Assembly (NCBI GenBank): GCA_045863235.1
Contig: BTUM01000019.1
Location: 49,330-113,329, forward strand
Origin: Candidatus Xenobia bacterium
GTDB lineage: Bacteria; Vulcanimicrobiota; Xenobia; Xenobiales; QWHO01
Length of the DNA stretch: 64,000 nt
Direction of reading: 5' to 3'
This document shows positions 38,678 to 47,782 of this stretch, in pieces. Made by a program: the position numbers and the translations under genes. Under the pieces are notes generated by a model that saw only the letters and a list, made by a program, of their open reading frames with translations, did not search any database and was not told the origin of the DNA. Each line of letters starts with the position of its first letter. Position 1 is the stretch's first letter.

Positions 38678-39171
38678 ATTTCAGAGGATTCCTCGGGACG
38701 GCTCACCTGGAGAACGGCCCTGCGCGCCAGGGAGGGGCCGAAACCACGCTGGAGCAGGAAGCGCATAACCTGCTCGGCGCTCTTGCCCCGCGCCAGACGA
38801 CCCCGAGCAAGCTCCCAGGCCTGCTCGAAGTCGTCTTCCTCGGTGACCTGAAAGGCCAGCTCCCGCTCCACGCCCCGCTGTCGCAGCTCGGCCAGAATGC
38901 GCTCGCGACCCAGGCCGCGTCGTCGGCGCGAGCGAGCGAATGACTCGGCAAAGCGCCGTTCGTCCAGATAGCCGGCCTGCTGCAACTCGTCGAGCAGGGG
39001 GGCATCGAGCTCGAGGCCGAGCTTACCGGCCAGCTCGGCCCGTGAATGGTCCCGCTGGGACAAAATGGCGTAAGCGCGCTCTCGCAGGGACCTGAGCTCG
39101 GCTTCGGGAGAACGGACCGCAGCCTCCGAGCGGGCCGGTCGGGCCCACGCGGAGGCTCTGCGGCCGCCCAC
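38674..39171 (-). CDS. recX: Regulatory protein RecX
   Basis: LSQRDHSRAEL, GYLDERRFA, ELRQRG, FLLQRGF; directly downstream of recA. Confidence 0.9.
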   Translation of the reverse strand: MGGRRASAWARPARSEAAVRSPEAELRSLRERAYAILSQRDHSRAELAGKLGLELDAPLLDELQQAGYLDERRFAESFARSRRRRGLGRERILAELRQRGVERELAFQVTEEDDFEQAWELARGRLARGKSAEQVMRFLLQRGFGPSLARRAVLQVSRPEESSEM

Positions 39172-40194
39172 CTAGACCTCGACTTCCACGGCTTCACCGT
39201 TGGTGCGGTAGTTGAAGGTCTGCATGCCTCGCACGGTGCGCTCGATCTCGTCGGCCACCTGGGCGTGCTCTTCCAGGAACGCCCTCGAGTTCTCCTTGCC
39301 CTGGCCGAGGCGCACTTCGCCGTACGAGTACCAGGTGCCCGATTTGGAGAGCACGCCGGCCTCGAGACCCACGTCGATGAGACTCGACTCACGCGAGATG
39401 CCCTTGCCGAACAGGATGTCGAACTCGGCTGAACGGAAGGGTGGGGCCAACTTGTTCTTGACCACCTTGATCTTGGCCCGATTGCCGGTCATCTCGCCGT
39501 TCTGCTTGATGGTATCCATGCGGCGCACGTCGATCCGCACCGAGGAGTAGAACTTGAGCGCCCGGCCACCTGGCGTGGTCTCGGGGCTGCCGAACATGAC
39601 TCCGATCTTCTCGCGAATCTGGTTGATGAAGATCACGGCAGTCTTGGTCTTGGAAATGGTGCCGGTCAGCTTGCGCAGAGCCTGCGACATCAGACGGGCC
39701 TGCAGGCCCACGTGGGAGTCGCCCATCTCGCCTTCGATCTCAGCCTTGGGCACCATGGCCGCCACCGAATCGACCACCACCACGTCCACCGCGTTGGAGC
39801 GAACAAGCGTCTCGACGATCTCCAGGCCTTGCTCGCCGGTATCAGGCTGGGCCACGTAGAGATTGTCGAGATCGACCCCGAGGTTACGAGCGTAATGCGG
39901 GTCGAGGGCGTGCTCGACGTCGATAAAGGCAGCGATTCCACCCAGTTTTTGGGCTTCGCCCACCACCTGCAGGGCCAGGGTGGTCTTGCCCGACGACTCG
40001 GGGCCGAAAATCTCGGTCACCCGACCGCGAGGGATGCCTCCGATACCCAGGGCCACATCGATGGCCAGAGAGCCTGTGGGGATGGCCGGCACCTCATAGC
40101 GCGCCGAAGCATCACCCAGTTTCATGATGGAGCCTTTTCCAAACTGTCGCTCGATCTGCGACAGGGCCATGTCCAGAGCTTTTGCTTTATCCAT
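39172..40194 (-). CDS. recA: Recombinase RecA
   Basis: [47 protein letters not shown]. Confidence 0.99.
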   Translation of the reverse strand: MDKAKALDMALSQIERQFGKGSIMKLGDASARYEVPAIPTGSLAIDVALGIGGIPRGRVTEIFGPESSGKTTLALQVVGEAQKLGGIAAFIDVEHALDPHYARNLGVDLDNLYVAQPDTGEQGLEIVETLVRSNAVDVVVVDSVAAMVPKAEIEGEMGDSHVGLQARLMSQALRKLTGTISKTKTAVIFINQIREKIGVMFGSPETTPGGRALKFYSSVRIDVRRMDTIKQNGEMTGNRAKIKVVKNKLAPPFRSAEFDILFGKGISRESSLIDVGLEAGVLSKSGTWYSYGEVRLGQGKENSRAFLEEHAQVADEIERTVRGMQTFNYRTNGEAVEVEV

Positions 40195-40281
40195 TGCAGT
40201 TGCACCTCATCTGTTGTCCCGGTGCGACCGGGCTTTGCCAGCGCGCGCGACCCTGAAACTTTGCGCGCTCCGTGCGACGGA

Positions 40282-40872
40282 TCAACCTTTGAAAGGGAAC
40301 CTGGCCACCGGCGTATAGACCGGTCCGCCCGGTCGCAAGTGGCTCTGCATCAGAACCGCCTCCGCGATCCGAGACCGGGCGCCACTTGCCACGGTCAGCT
40401 CACCCAGCGTCTTTTGCAACATCTCGTCGCGACGCGGAGTGCGCCGCCTTCCCAGCGTGACGTGGGCCGCGAATGGCCGCTCCTCGCGAGCCACCCCCAA
40501 CCCTTCCAACTCATCCTCGACACGCCCCGCCAGTTGCACCAGCGGGCGCTCAGGAGCCAGCCCCACCCAAACCACACGGGCCCGGGAAGGAGAGGGAAAC
40601 GCGCCGACCCGGCTCAACTCGACCTCGAAAGGCTCCATCCCGCTCACGGCCCGGGCCAGAGCCTGCCGGATCGACTCGATGCGCTCGTCGGGGGTGGCCC
40701 CCAGAAACTTCAGGGTGAGATGGAAATTTTCAGGCCGAACCCAATTGACATCTGCGGCTACCGCCCGAAGAAGAGATTGAATCTCTTCCACCTGACGAGC
40801 AACCGAAGCCAACTCGACGGCAACGAACAAACGCTGTTGACTCGCGTTGCAACACCTCTTTGCGCCCGTCAA
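40282..40872 (-). CDS. thpR: RNA 2',3'-cyclic phosphodiesterase (2H family)
   Basis: RLFVAV, HLTLKFLG and HVTLGR twin HxT motifs; usual position upstream of recA. Start uncertain. Confidence 0.9.
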   Translation of the reverse strand: MTGAKRCCNASQQRLFVAVELASVARQVEEIQSLLRAVAADVNWVRPENFHLTLKFLGATPDERIESIRQALARAVSGMEPFEVELSRVGAFPSPSRARVVWVGLAPERPLVQLAGRVEDELEGLGVAREERPFAAHVTLGRRRTPRRDEMLQKTLGELTVASGARSRIAEAVLMQSHLRPGGPVYTPVARFPFKG

Positions 40873-40960
40873 AGCCGGGCCTGAGGTTGAATTTCGTTCT
40901 TGCCCCCGGGGATCCTCCCGAACACCGTACAAACATAGCGAAACTTTCTCGATCATGAGG

Positions 40961-40996
40961 GAAGGCGCCGGTTCCCCCCTGGGGGCCGGCGCCTTC
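40961..40996. terminator. Strong GC-rich hairpin, possible terminator or stability element
   Basis: GAAGGCGCCGG...CCGGCGCCTTC inverted repeat; lacks a clear U-tract. Confidence 0.45.
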
Positions 40997-41068
40997 TAAA
41001 CTGGACCTTACCCATTCAGTTTAACTCGCTCCGAGAGAAAAGTCGGTGATCCAGTTCACGGAAACTCC

Positions 41069-42073
41069 TCAGAAAAACTGCGCCAACCGATCGACGCCGA
41101 TGCCGCTGGCCAGGACCCACTCGGACCGATCCGCAAGCAAACGCCCGGTCCAGTCCAATCGCCCTCCATCGACCAGGTGCAACAGTGGTCCAGCGGCCCG
41201 AGCTGCAAGAATGCGCAACATTGGACCCGAGTAGTAAGATAGACCTTCGCAGCGTCCCAGGTCGATGACCAGTTCCAGGGCAGGAAACTCTCTTTCCAGG
41301 GGCCCCAGAACCTCCGACTCGAGTCGAGCATCCAGGCCCCGGCCGCGAGGCAGAACGACCCCTCGCTCGGCCAGGTAGGCGGCCGAGGACGCCGGGTCGT
41401 GAGCCCTGAACTGACCCTGCACCTCGACCCCCTGCTCAGCCAGCAGGCGCAGCACCCGACGGCTATCACTGACCTCCAGCACCACCCGCTCGGCGCGGGG
41501 TGCGAGGACTCTCAGGTAAATCGACGCGTGCTCGCGCAGCGCCTCGAGGATGCTTCCGCCTCGACTGGCCGTGACGGCGGCAAAGAGCTGAAAGTGAGGC
41601 AACCAGGAGGGGTCCGGCAGCGGCTGCATACGGATCACGCGCTGACTGGCACACAACCGGACCGGCTTTGAACGCGAGTGACGTCGGCGCCGGGCCGCTT
41701 CGAGCGCCAGGGCCAGGCTGGGGTCACCTGCCACCTCGAGCCCCCGAACAGCGCTCAGGACGTTGTTCTGGTGAATGCCACCCAGGGTTCGGGTGGCCCC
41801 AAACGGCAGGGCCGGACCCAGGCCCAGCGCCTCGAAAGGCTCAGCCGCTTCCAGCAAGGCCCCTTCAGCGGCATGCAAGCGCCGGGCGTCCAGGCCCAGG
41901 ACGCGACTGGCCTGTTTTTCCTCAAAACGGCGCAGCAGCTCGACCGGCTGGCCGTCTCGAGCACGCTGATCGAATACCGCCAGCATCAGCGAATCAAAGT
42001 CGCTGGCCGGAAGTCGGGTCAGGGCATCGACCAGAGGACGACCCTCCAGACGACGCAGAATGCGCTCGAGAAT
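41069..42073 (-). CDS. Class II aminoacyl-tRNA-synthetase-like (HisRS/HisZ-type core) protein
   Basis: QRVIRMQP..HFQLF (motif 2-like), EGLSYYSG, DGGRLDW, SGIGVDRL (motif 3-like). Frame is open from 42073; first ATG is at 41986. Confidence 0.65.
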   Translation of the reverse strand: MLERILRRLEGRPLVDALTRLPASDFDSLMLAVFDQRARDGQPVELLRRFEEKQASRVLGLDARRLHAAEGALLEAAEPFEALGLGPALPFGATRTLGGIHQNNVLSAVRGLEVAGDPSLALALEAARRRRHSRSKPVRLCASQRVIRMQPLPDPSWLPHFQLFAAVTASRGGSILEALREHASIYLRVLAPRAERVVLEVSDSRRVLRLLAEQGVEVQGQFRAHDPASSAAYLAERGVVLPRGRGLDARLESEVLGPLEREFPALELVIDLGRCEGLSYYSGPMLRILAARAAGPLLHLVDGGRLDWTGRLLADRSEWVLASGIGVDRLAQFF

Positions 42074-42457
42074 CTACTTTTTCTTGCCGTTGCCGGCCGC
42101 AGCCTGGACTTCGGCCAGCGAAAGCTTGACGTGACGGAGTTGGTCCAGGATCACGTTGAGCTGGGTCGAGGTCAGGAAAGGCACCTGATTCATCGGCTCG
42201 GGACGAGCATCCTCGGCCTGGACGGTGGGCGGCTCGCCCCCCGTCTCATCGAAGAACACCTGACAGCGCAGTACGCGCGTGGCCAGCTTGTAGATCAGGC
42301 TCACGTCTTCGTAGGGATTGTTCGGGAAGTCGCGCCCCCACGACTCCATCACGTGCATGGTCAGCTCTTCCAGGGACATCGGCTTTTGCTGCTTCTCGAG
42401 CACCCGGCGGATGACTTCCACGATTGGTGTGGTCTTGCCCACGTCTTTCAACGACAT
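42074..42457 (-). CDS. Hypothetical protein, possible HARE-HTH-like winged helix
   Basis: GGAGG RBS; IVEVIRRVLEKQQKPMSLEEL resembles the first helices of a HARE-HTH/RNAP-delta domain. Confidence 0.7.
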   Translation of the reverse strand: MSLKDVGKTTPIVEVIRRVLEKQQKPMSLEELTMHVMESWGRDFPNNPYEDVSLIYKLATRVLRCQVFFDETGGEPPTVQAEDARPEPMNQVPFLTSTQLNVILDQLRHVKLSLAEVQAAAGNGKKK

Positions 42458-42587
42458 ACTTCCTCCGAGTCGGACCGCCCAACAGATTGTGCCGGATACC
42501 GGCGAGGGCGAAGCCGGCTATTCTGTGCAAACTCGCCTTCCCCTCCCGAAAGGTGGCTCCCCCGACCCCGCCGAATCGCCCCTGAGT

Positions 42588-43238
42588 ATGTGGGACCTCT
42601 CACACATCGACTCCTTCGAGGCTTTGTGCCAGCAGGTTTTGGCCTTCCTGCGCGACGATCTGTCGGCGGAACGGTGCCTTTTCCTTTATCAAGAAAAAGA
42701 AGCTGATGAGCTGGTGGTGGAAGCTGCCCACGGCATCGAGCCCGAAACCGTCTTCACGACGGCTGAAATCAGTCAGGAGTTGCTCCGCTCGGTCCGCCAC
42801 GAGGGCAAGCCGATCATCTTGCTCGATGCCGGCGCCGACCCCCGATTCGGCAATCGAACCAGCGTGGTGCTCAGCAACTTGCGCTCGATTCTCTGTCTGC
42901 CGCTGCGTCATCCTTCCCGGCTGGTGGTGGGCCTGCTCTACGCCGACAACCGCATCAAGGCGGGAGCTTTCACCGACAAGCACCTCAAGGTGGCCGAGGA
43001 ATTCGGTCAGGCACTCGAGCAGAGGCTCTTCGAGATGCGCAAAGCTGGAATCAAGATCGGCCGCGAGATGGCCGAGACTGCGCTGCCCCCCTCCGCTCCC
43101 CAACAGGTGGAGCGCGCCGCCCCCGGGCCTCCCCCGCCGGCGGTCAAGGACGAGGTTCCCACCCTGGCTCAGAATGCCGGGTTCGTGCCTCCTCCGCCCA
43201 TGACGGAGGACGAGGATGTCCTTAGAAAGCCTGATTGA
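42588..43238 (+). CDS. Stand-alone GAF domain protein
   Basis: AERCLFL, DAGADPRF, LRSILCLPL, GLLYADNR..GAF; Pro-rich tail. Confidence 0.82.
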   Translation: MWDLSHIDSFEALCQQVLAFLRDDLSAERCLFLYQEKEADELVVEAAHGIEPETVFTTAEISQELLRSVRHEGKPIILLDAGADPRFGNRTSVVLSNLRSILCLPLRHPSRLVVGLLYADNRIKAGAFTDKHLKVAEEFGQALEQRLFEMRKAGIKIGREMAETALPPSAPQQVERAAPGPPPPAVKDEVPTLAQNAGFVPPPPMTEDEDVLRKPD

Positions 43239-44739
43239 TCCGCCTCCCGAGACATTCAACCTGGCCGAATACTGCCTGGATGCCCGACTGAGCGAAGGGC
43301 TGGGCGATCAGCCCGCCCTCTACGTTTCGGACAAGTGCTACTCCTATCGACAGGTATGCCAGCGCTCCCACCAGATGGCCAATCTGTTCCAGAGCCACGG
43401 TTTGCAGGCTGAGCAACGGCTCCTACTCAGTCTCAGCGACGGCCTCGACTACGCGGCCTCCCTGTTCGGGGCCCTCAAGCTGGGGGCGGCGGTGGTGATG
43501 CTCAACCCGGGCTTTTCGCCCGAAGAGAACCAGGCCATGGTCGACTACTCCCGGGCGCGACTGGCGGTCGTGGAGGGCGACCGGCAGGAAAGCTTCGGGG
43601 GACGGCTTCCCCTGGTGACCCCCGATCAGGCCGACGCTCAACCCCACGACTTCCAGCCCGAGTATCGCACCCACCGCGACGACGTGGCCATCTGGCTCTT
43701 CTCAGGCGGCACCACCGGAAGACCCAAAGCCGTTCTGCAGAGTCACCGCTCCTTCTACAACACCACCGAGCTCTACGCCAAGCGCTTCCTGGGGTATCAA
43801 CGCCAGGACCGCACCCTCTCCGTGCCCAAGCTGTTTTTCGGGTATGCCACCGGCTCCAACCTCATCTTTCCGTTCTCGGTTGGGGCCAGCGCCGTGCTCT
43901 TCCCCGAGAAGTGCACGGCTGACGTCCTGTTCCAACAGATCGCACGTCATCGCCCCACAATCCTGGTGAATGTGCCCACGATGGTCAACCACATGGTGAG
44001 CCATCCCGAGGCCGCCAACCAGGACCTCAGCTGCCTGCGCCTGGCCACGTCGGCCGGCGAGGCCCTGCCCGAGGCGCTCTTCCATCGCTGGCGCGAGGTC
44101 TTCGGGGTGGAGTTGCTGGACGGACTGGGCACGGCCGAGATGTGGCACATCTTCCTGAGCAATCCGCCCGGAGCGGCCCGTCCCGGCACGCTGGGCCGCC
44201 CCGTGCCGGGCTTCACGGTCAAGGCAGCTGACGACGAGGGCCGCGAGGTTCCAACCGGAGAGGTGGGTCGGCTCTGGGTTCGAGGGGACTCGCGAGCACT
44301 AAGCTATTGGCAGGAGTCCGACAAGAGCCAGGAAGCCCTGCGGGGCCCCTGGTTCGTTTCCAGCGACCTGGTCAGCCAGGACGAGGATGGGTACTATCGC
44401 TACTGCGGTCGGGGGGACGAGTTGCTGAAGGTGGCCGGGCGCTGGCTGGCCCCCCAGGAAGTGGAGAGCTGCCTGTTGACCCATCCGGCCGTCAAGGAGT
44501 GCGCCGTGGTGGGCGTGATCTGCGAGGACGGGCTGATCCGACCTCACGCCTACGTGGTGGCTGAAGGTCCAACCGGCCCCGAGCTCGAGCAAACCCTCAA
44601 AGACCACGTTCTGGCCGCGCTGGAGCCCTACAAGCACCCTCGGCGGGTGCTGTTCGCGGCCAGCCTCCCCCGCACTCACCTGGGCAAGGTAGACCGGGGG
44701 GCCCTGCGCTCGGGAAGTCTTGAAGTCTGTGGAACCTGA
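43216..44739 (+). CDS. Benzoate/aminobenzoate-CoA ligase family protein
   Basis: FSGGTTGRPK, PKLFFGY, SAGEALP, DGLGTAEMWHIFLSN, LPRTHLGK. Confidence 0.9.
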   Translation: MSLESLIDPPPETFNLAEYCLDARLSEGLGDQPALYVSDKCYSYRQVCQRSHQMANLFQSHGLQAEQRLLLSLSDGLDYAASLFGALKLGAAVVMLNPGFSPEENQAMVDYSRARLAVVEGDRQESFGGRLPLVTPDQADAQPHDFQPEYRTHRDDVAIWLFSGGTTGRPKAVLQSHRSFYNTTELYAKRFLGYQRQDRTLSVPKLFFGYATGSNLIFPFSVGASAVLFPEKCTADVLFQQIARHRPTILVNVPTMVNHMVSHPEAANQDLSCLRLATSAGEALPEALFHRWREVFGVELLDGLGTAEMWHIFLSNPPGAARPGTLGRPVPGFTVKAADDEGREVPTGEVGRLWVRGDSRALSYWQESDKSQEALRGPWFVSSDLVSQDEDGYYRYCGRGDELLKVAGRWLAPQEVESCLLTHPAVKECAVVGVICEDGLIRPHAYVVAEGPTGPELEQTLKDHVLAALEPYKHPRRVLFAASLPRTHLGKVDRGALRSGSLEVCGT

Positions 44740-44754
44740 ACAACTGGAGGAGTC

Positions 44755-46116
44755 ATGACGCTCATCGAAAGCGGCTCGGCCGCGGACGCCGCGGAGATCA
44801 TCCGCAAGAACAAGGAATACTCGCTCTTTTCCTGGTCGGTCCAGCAGGATGTCAGCCCCATCCCGATGGCCCGGGCCAGGGGGGTCTACTTCTGGGACGC
44901 GGCCGGCAAGCGCTACATCGACTTTTCCTCCCAGCTGATGAACGTCAACATCGGACACGGGCATCCCAAGGTGATCGAGGCCATCAAGAAGCAGGCCGAG
45001 GAGCTGGTCTTCGCCTATCCCGGGATGGCCACCCGCTCGCGCGGGGAGGCGGCCGAGTTGATCGCCTCGATCACTCCGGGCACGCTGAAGAAGAGCTTTT
45101 TCACCCTGGGTGGGGCCGACGCCATCGAGAATGCCATGAAGATGGCTCGGCTGGTGACCGGGCGCCAGAAGATCATCACCCGTTTCCGCAGCTTCCACGG
45201 GGGAACGTTCGCGGCCGCCTCGGCCGGAGGCGACCCGCGCCGGCTGGCCTTCGACCCCGGGATGCCCTGGATCGTCCGGGTCCCCGAGCCGTACGCCTAC
45301 CGAAGCCCCCTCTATCGGAACTGCACCCCCGAGGAAGGGGACATGGCGGTGGTGGACATGATGGAGGACATCATCGAGATGGAGGGGCCCCAGACCATCG
45401 CGGGCATCCTGCTCGAGGGCTACAACGGCTCCAGCGGCCTGATCGCTCCCTCCACGGCTCGCTACTGGCACCGCATTCGCGAGCTGTGCGACAAGCACGG
45501 CATCTTGCTGATCGCCGACGAGGTGATGAGTGGCTTCGGGCGCACCGGCAAGTGGTTCGGGGTGGACCTGTACGGGGTGGTGCCCGACCTGATGGTCATG
45601 GCCAAGGGACTGACTTCGGGCTACGTGCCGCTGGGGGCTGTGGTGGCCAGCGAGGCTATCGCCGACCACTTCGAAAAGAACATGCTCTGGTGCGGCCTGA
45701 CTTACAGCTCGCATCCGCTGGCCTGCGGAGCGGCAGTAGCCACCATCAAGGTCTATCAGGAAGAGAACCTGATCGAGAACGCCGCCGCCATGGGCAAGGT
45801 GCTGGAGGCGGGCATGCGCGAGCTGGCCGAGAAACACCCCTGCGTGGGCGACGTGCGGGGTGTCGGGTTGTTCTGGCTCTTCGAGCTGGTGAAGAACCGC
45901 CAGACCCGCGAGCCGATGCAGGGCTGGAACAAGCCCCTCACCGAGCCGATGAAAAAGGTGGCAGCCCGCCTGCGCGAGCTGGGGATGTTCACCTTCGTGC
46001 GCTGGGACTGGGTTTTCTGCGTGCCCCCCCTGTGCATCACCCCCGAGCAGGTCAAGGAAGGCCTGGCCATCATCGACGACGCCCTGGGCCTGGCTGACCC
46101 CTACGTGGAAGGTTGA
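44755..46116 (+). CDS. Class III PLP aminotransferase
   Basis: YIDFSSQLMNVNIGH, SFHG, ADEVMSGFGRTG, AKGLTSGY, GDVRGVGL. Confidence 0.93.
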   Translation: MTLIESGSAADAAEIIRKNKEYSLFSWSVQQDVSPIPMARARGVYFWDAAGKRYIDFSSQLMNVNIGHGHPKVIEAIKKQAEELVFAYPGMATRSRGEAAELIASITPGTLKKSFFTLGGADAIENAMKMARLVTGRQKIITRFRSFHGGTFAAASAGGDPRRLAFDPGMPWIVRVPEPYAYRSPLYRNCTPEEGDMAVVDMMEDIIEMEGPQTIAGILLEGYNGSSGLIAPSTARYWHRIRELCDKHGILLIADEVMSGFGRTGKWFGVDLYGVVPDLMVMAKGLTSGYVPLGAVVASEAIADHFEKNMLWCGLTYSSHPLACGAAVATIKVYQEENLIENAAAMGKVLEAGMRELAEKHPCVGDVRGVGLFWLFELVKNRQTREPMQGWNKPLTEPMKKVAARLRELGMFTFVRWDWVFCVPPLCITPEQVKEGLAIIDDALGLADPYVEG

Positions 46117-46490
46117 GCCCCTTTCAGGAGGCTCGCTTCCTGGCCCTCACCACCTTTCGCAAGAACGGACAGCCGGTCACCACCCCGGTCTGGTTCGTGG
46201 AGCGAGAAGGCAAGCTCTACGTGCGCACGGGGGCGCGCTCGGGCAAAGTCAAACGGATCAGGAACCAGACCCGGGTGCAGGTGGCTCCGGCGTTGCGGCC
46301 GGGTCACCTGCTGGCGGAGGCCCGCTCGGGTCAGGCCCGCATCCTGGGCCAGGACGAGCTGGCCGAGGTGAATCGGGCGCTGTCCCGACGCTACGGTCTG
46401 CAAAAAAAACTGGTCGATTTCGCCCTGCGACTGGGGCGAGTCGAGTCATGTGCCCTTGAAATTGAACTGGACGGAGGGCTCGGGGCGTAG
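46113..46490 (+). CDS. PPOX-class (F420-dependent type) oxidoreductase
   Basis: LTTFRKNGQPVTTPVWF, SGKVKRIRN. Confidence 0.85.
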   Translation: MSPFQEARFLALTTFRKNGQPVTTPVWFVEREGKLYVRTGARSGKVKRIRNQTRVQVAPALRPGHLLAEARSGQARILGQDELAEVNRALSRRYGLQKKLVDFALRLGRVESCALEIELDGGLGA

Positions 46491-46510
46491 AAGGCGAAGG
46501 GTCGCCCGCC

Positions 46511-47782
46511 ATGACCCTGTCGGTGGAACGTGCCCGTGAGATCATGTCTCGCATTTCGCAGGGAGACAACCCCGATTCGCGACTCGATGGACTGAAGCCC
46601 GACTTCAGCCCTCCGCCGCCGCCTGTACCTCGCTCTTGGGATTGGAGCGAGGAGGCGCGCCAACAACGGGTGGCCTTCTTCCAGCAGCGCGGCAAGAAGC
46701 TCGAGCACCTGACCGGCTCGGTTCCCGAGCCGGACCCGGCCGAGCTGCAGGGCAACATCGAGCAGTTTCTAGGTTATACCCGCATTCCCACCGGCGTGAT
46801 CGGACCGCTGCGCATCCGGGGAATGTTTGCCAGCGGCGATTTTTACGTGCCGCTGGCCACCTCCGAGGGGGCCCTGATCTCCAGCTACGACCGCGGCGCG
46901 CGGGTGATCACCCGCTCGGGCGGGGCCAGCGCGGCGGTGACCGCCGAGCAGGTGCAGCGGGCTCCGGGCTTTGCCTTCGAGACGCTGCGCGAAGCTGCTC
47001 TCTTCACCACCTGGATCCACGGCCAGCTCGAGCGCTTCCAGGAAGTGACGGCCGGCCGGACCTCACACGGTCGGCTGCTCAACCTGGTGACCCACGTCGA
47101 GGCCAACCACGTCTACCTGATCTTCCAGTTCTACACGGGCGACGCCTCGGGCCAGAACATGGTCACCCTGTGCACGGCCGAGATCTGTCAGGACATCCTG
47201 GAGCGCACTCCCGTGCAGCCCCGCTTCTGGTTCCTGGAAGCCAACATGTCGGGCGACAAAAAGGCCACCGCTCAGAGCTTCCTGCTGACCCGCGGTCGGC
47301 GGGTCATCGCCGAGACGTTGATCCCTCGCCGTCTGGTCGAGCGCGGCCTGCACACCACCGCCGAGCGCATCCAGCATTGCTGGCTGATGAACTTCGTGGG
47401 GGGAGTGCAAACCGGCTCGATCGGAGTCTCGGGCCACGTGGCCAATGGCATCGCTGCTCTCTTCCTGGCCTGCGGCCAGGATGTGGCCACCATCAGTGAA
47501 GCCTCGGTGGGTGTGACCCGGATGGAGAACCGGGGCGGCGACCTGTATTGCTCGGTGACTCTGCCCAACCTGATCGTGGGCACCGTGGGCGGCGGCACGC
47601 GCCTGCCCACGGCCCGCGAGTGTCTGGCCTTGCTCGAGTGCACCGGCGACGGCACAGCGCAGAAGTTGGCCGAAATCTGCGCAGGAGTGGCCCTGGCGGG
47701 CGAGATCTCCATCTGCGCCGCCATGTGCAGCCACCAGTTCGCGGGCGCCCATGAGCGCCTGGGTCGTCCCCACAAGCGTTGA
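46511..47782 (+). CDS. Class I HMG-CoA reductase-like protein
   Basis: GNIEQFLG, VPLATSEGAL, TGDASGQNMVT, NMSGDKK, VGTVGGGT, LAGEIS, C-terminal catalytic His in AHERLGR. Confidence 0.92.
   Translation: MTLSVERAREIMSRISQGDNPDSRLDGLKPDFSPPPPPVPRSWDWSEEARQQRVAFFQQRGKKLEHLTGSVPEPDPAELQGNIEQFLGYTRIPTGVIGPLRIRGMFASGDFYVPLATSEGALISSYDRGARVITRSGGASAAVTAEQVQRAPGFAFETLREAALFTTWIHGQLERFQEVTAGRTSHGRLLNLVTHVEANHVYLIFQFYTGDASGQNMVTLCTAEICQDILERTPVQPRFWFLEANMSGDKKATAQSFLLTRGRRVIAETLIPRRLVERGLHTTAERIQHCWLMNFVGGVQTGSIGVSGHVANGIAALFLACGQDVATISEASVGVTRMENRGGDLYCSVTLPNLIVGTVGGGTRLPTARECLALLECTGDGTAQKLAEICAGVALAGEISICAAMCSHQFAGAHERLGRPHKR

Noticed and set aside
42074..42076. Pyrrolysine or genome-wide amber recoding
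   Set aside because: No pyl genes or tRNA in the window, and TAG ends clearly complete genes such as fabI and recA; only local readthrough remains possible.
46511..47782. Mevalonate pathway operon
   Set aside because: No other mevalonate genes are present in the window.
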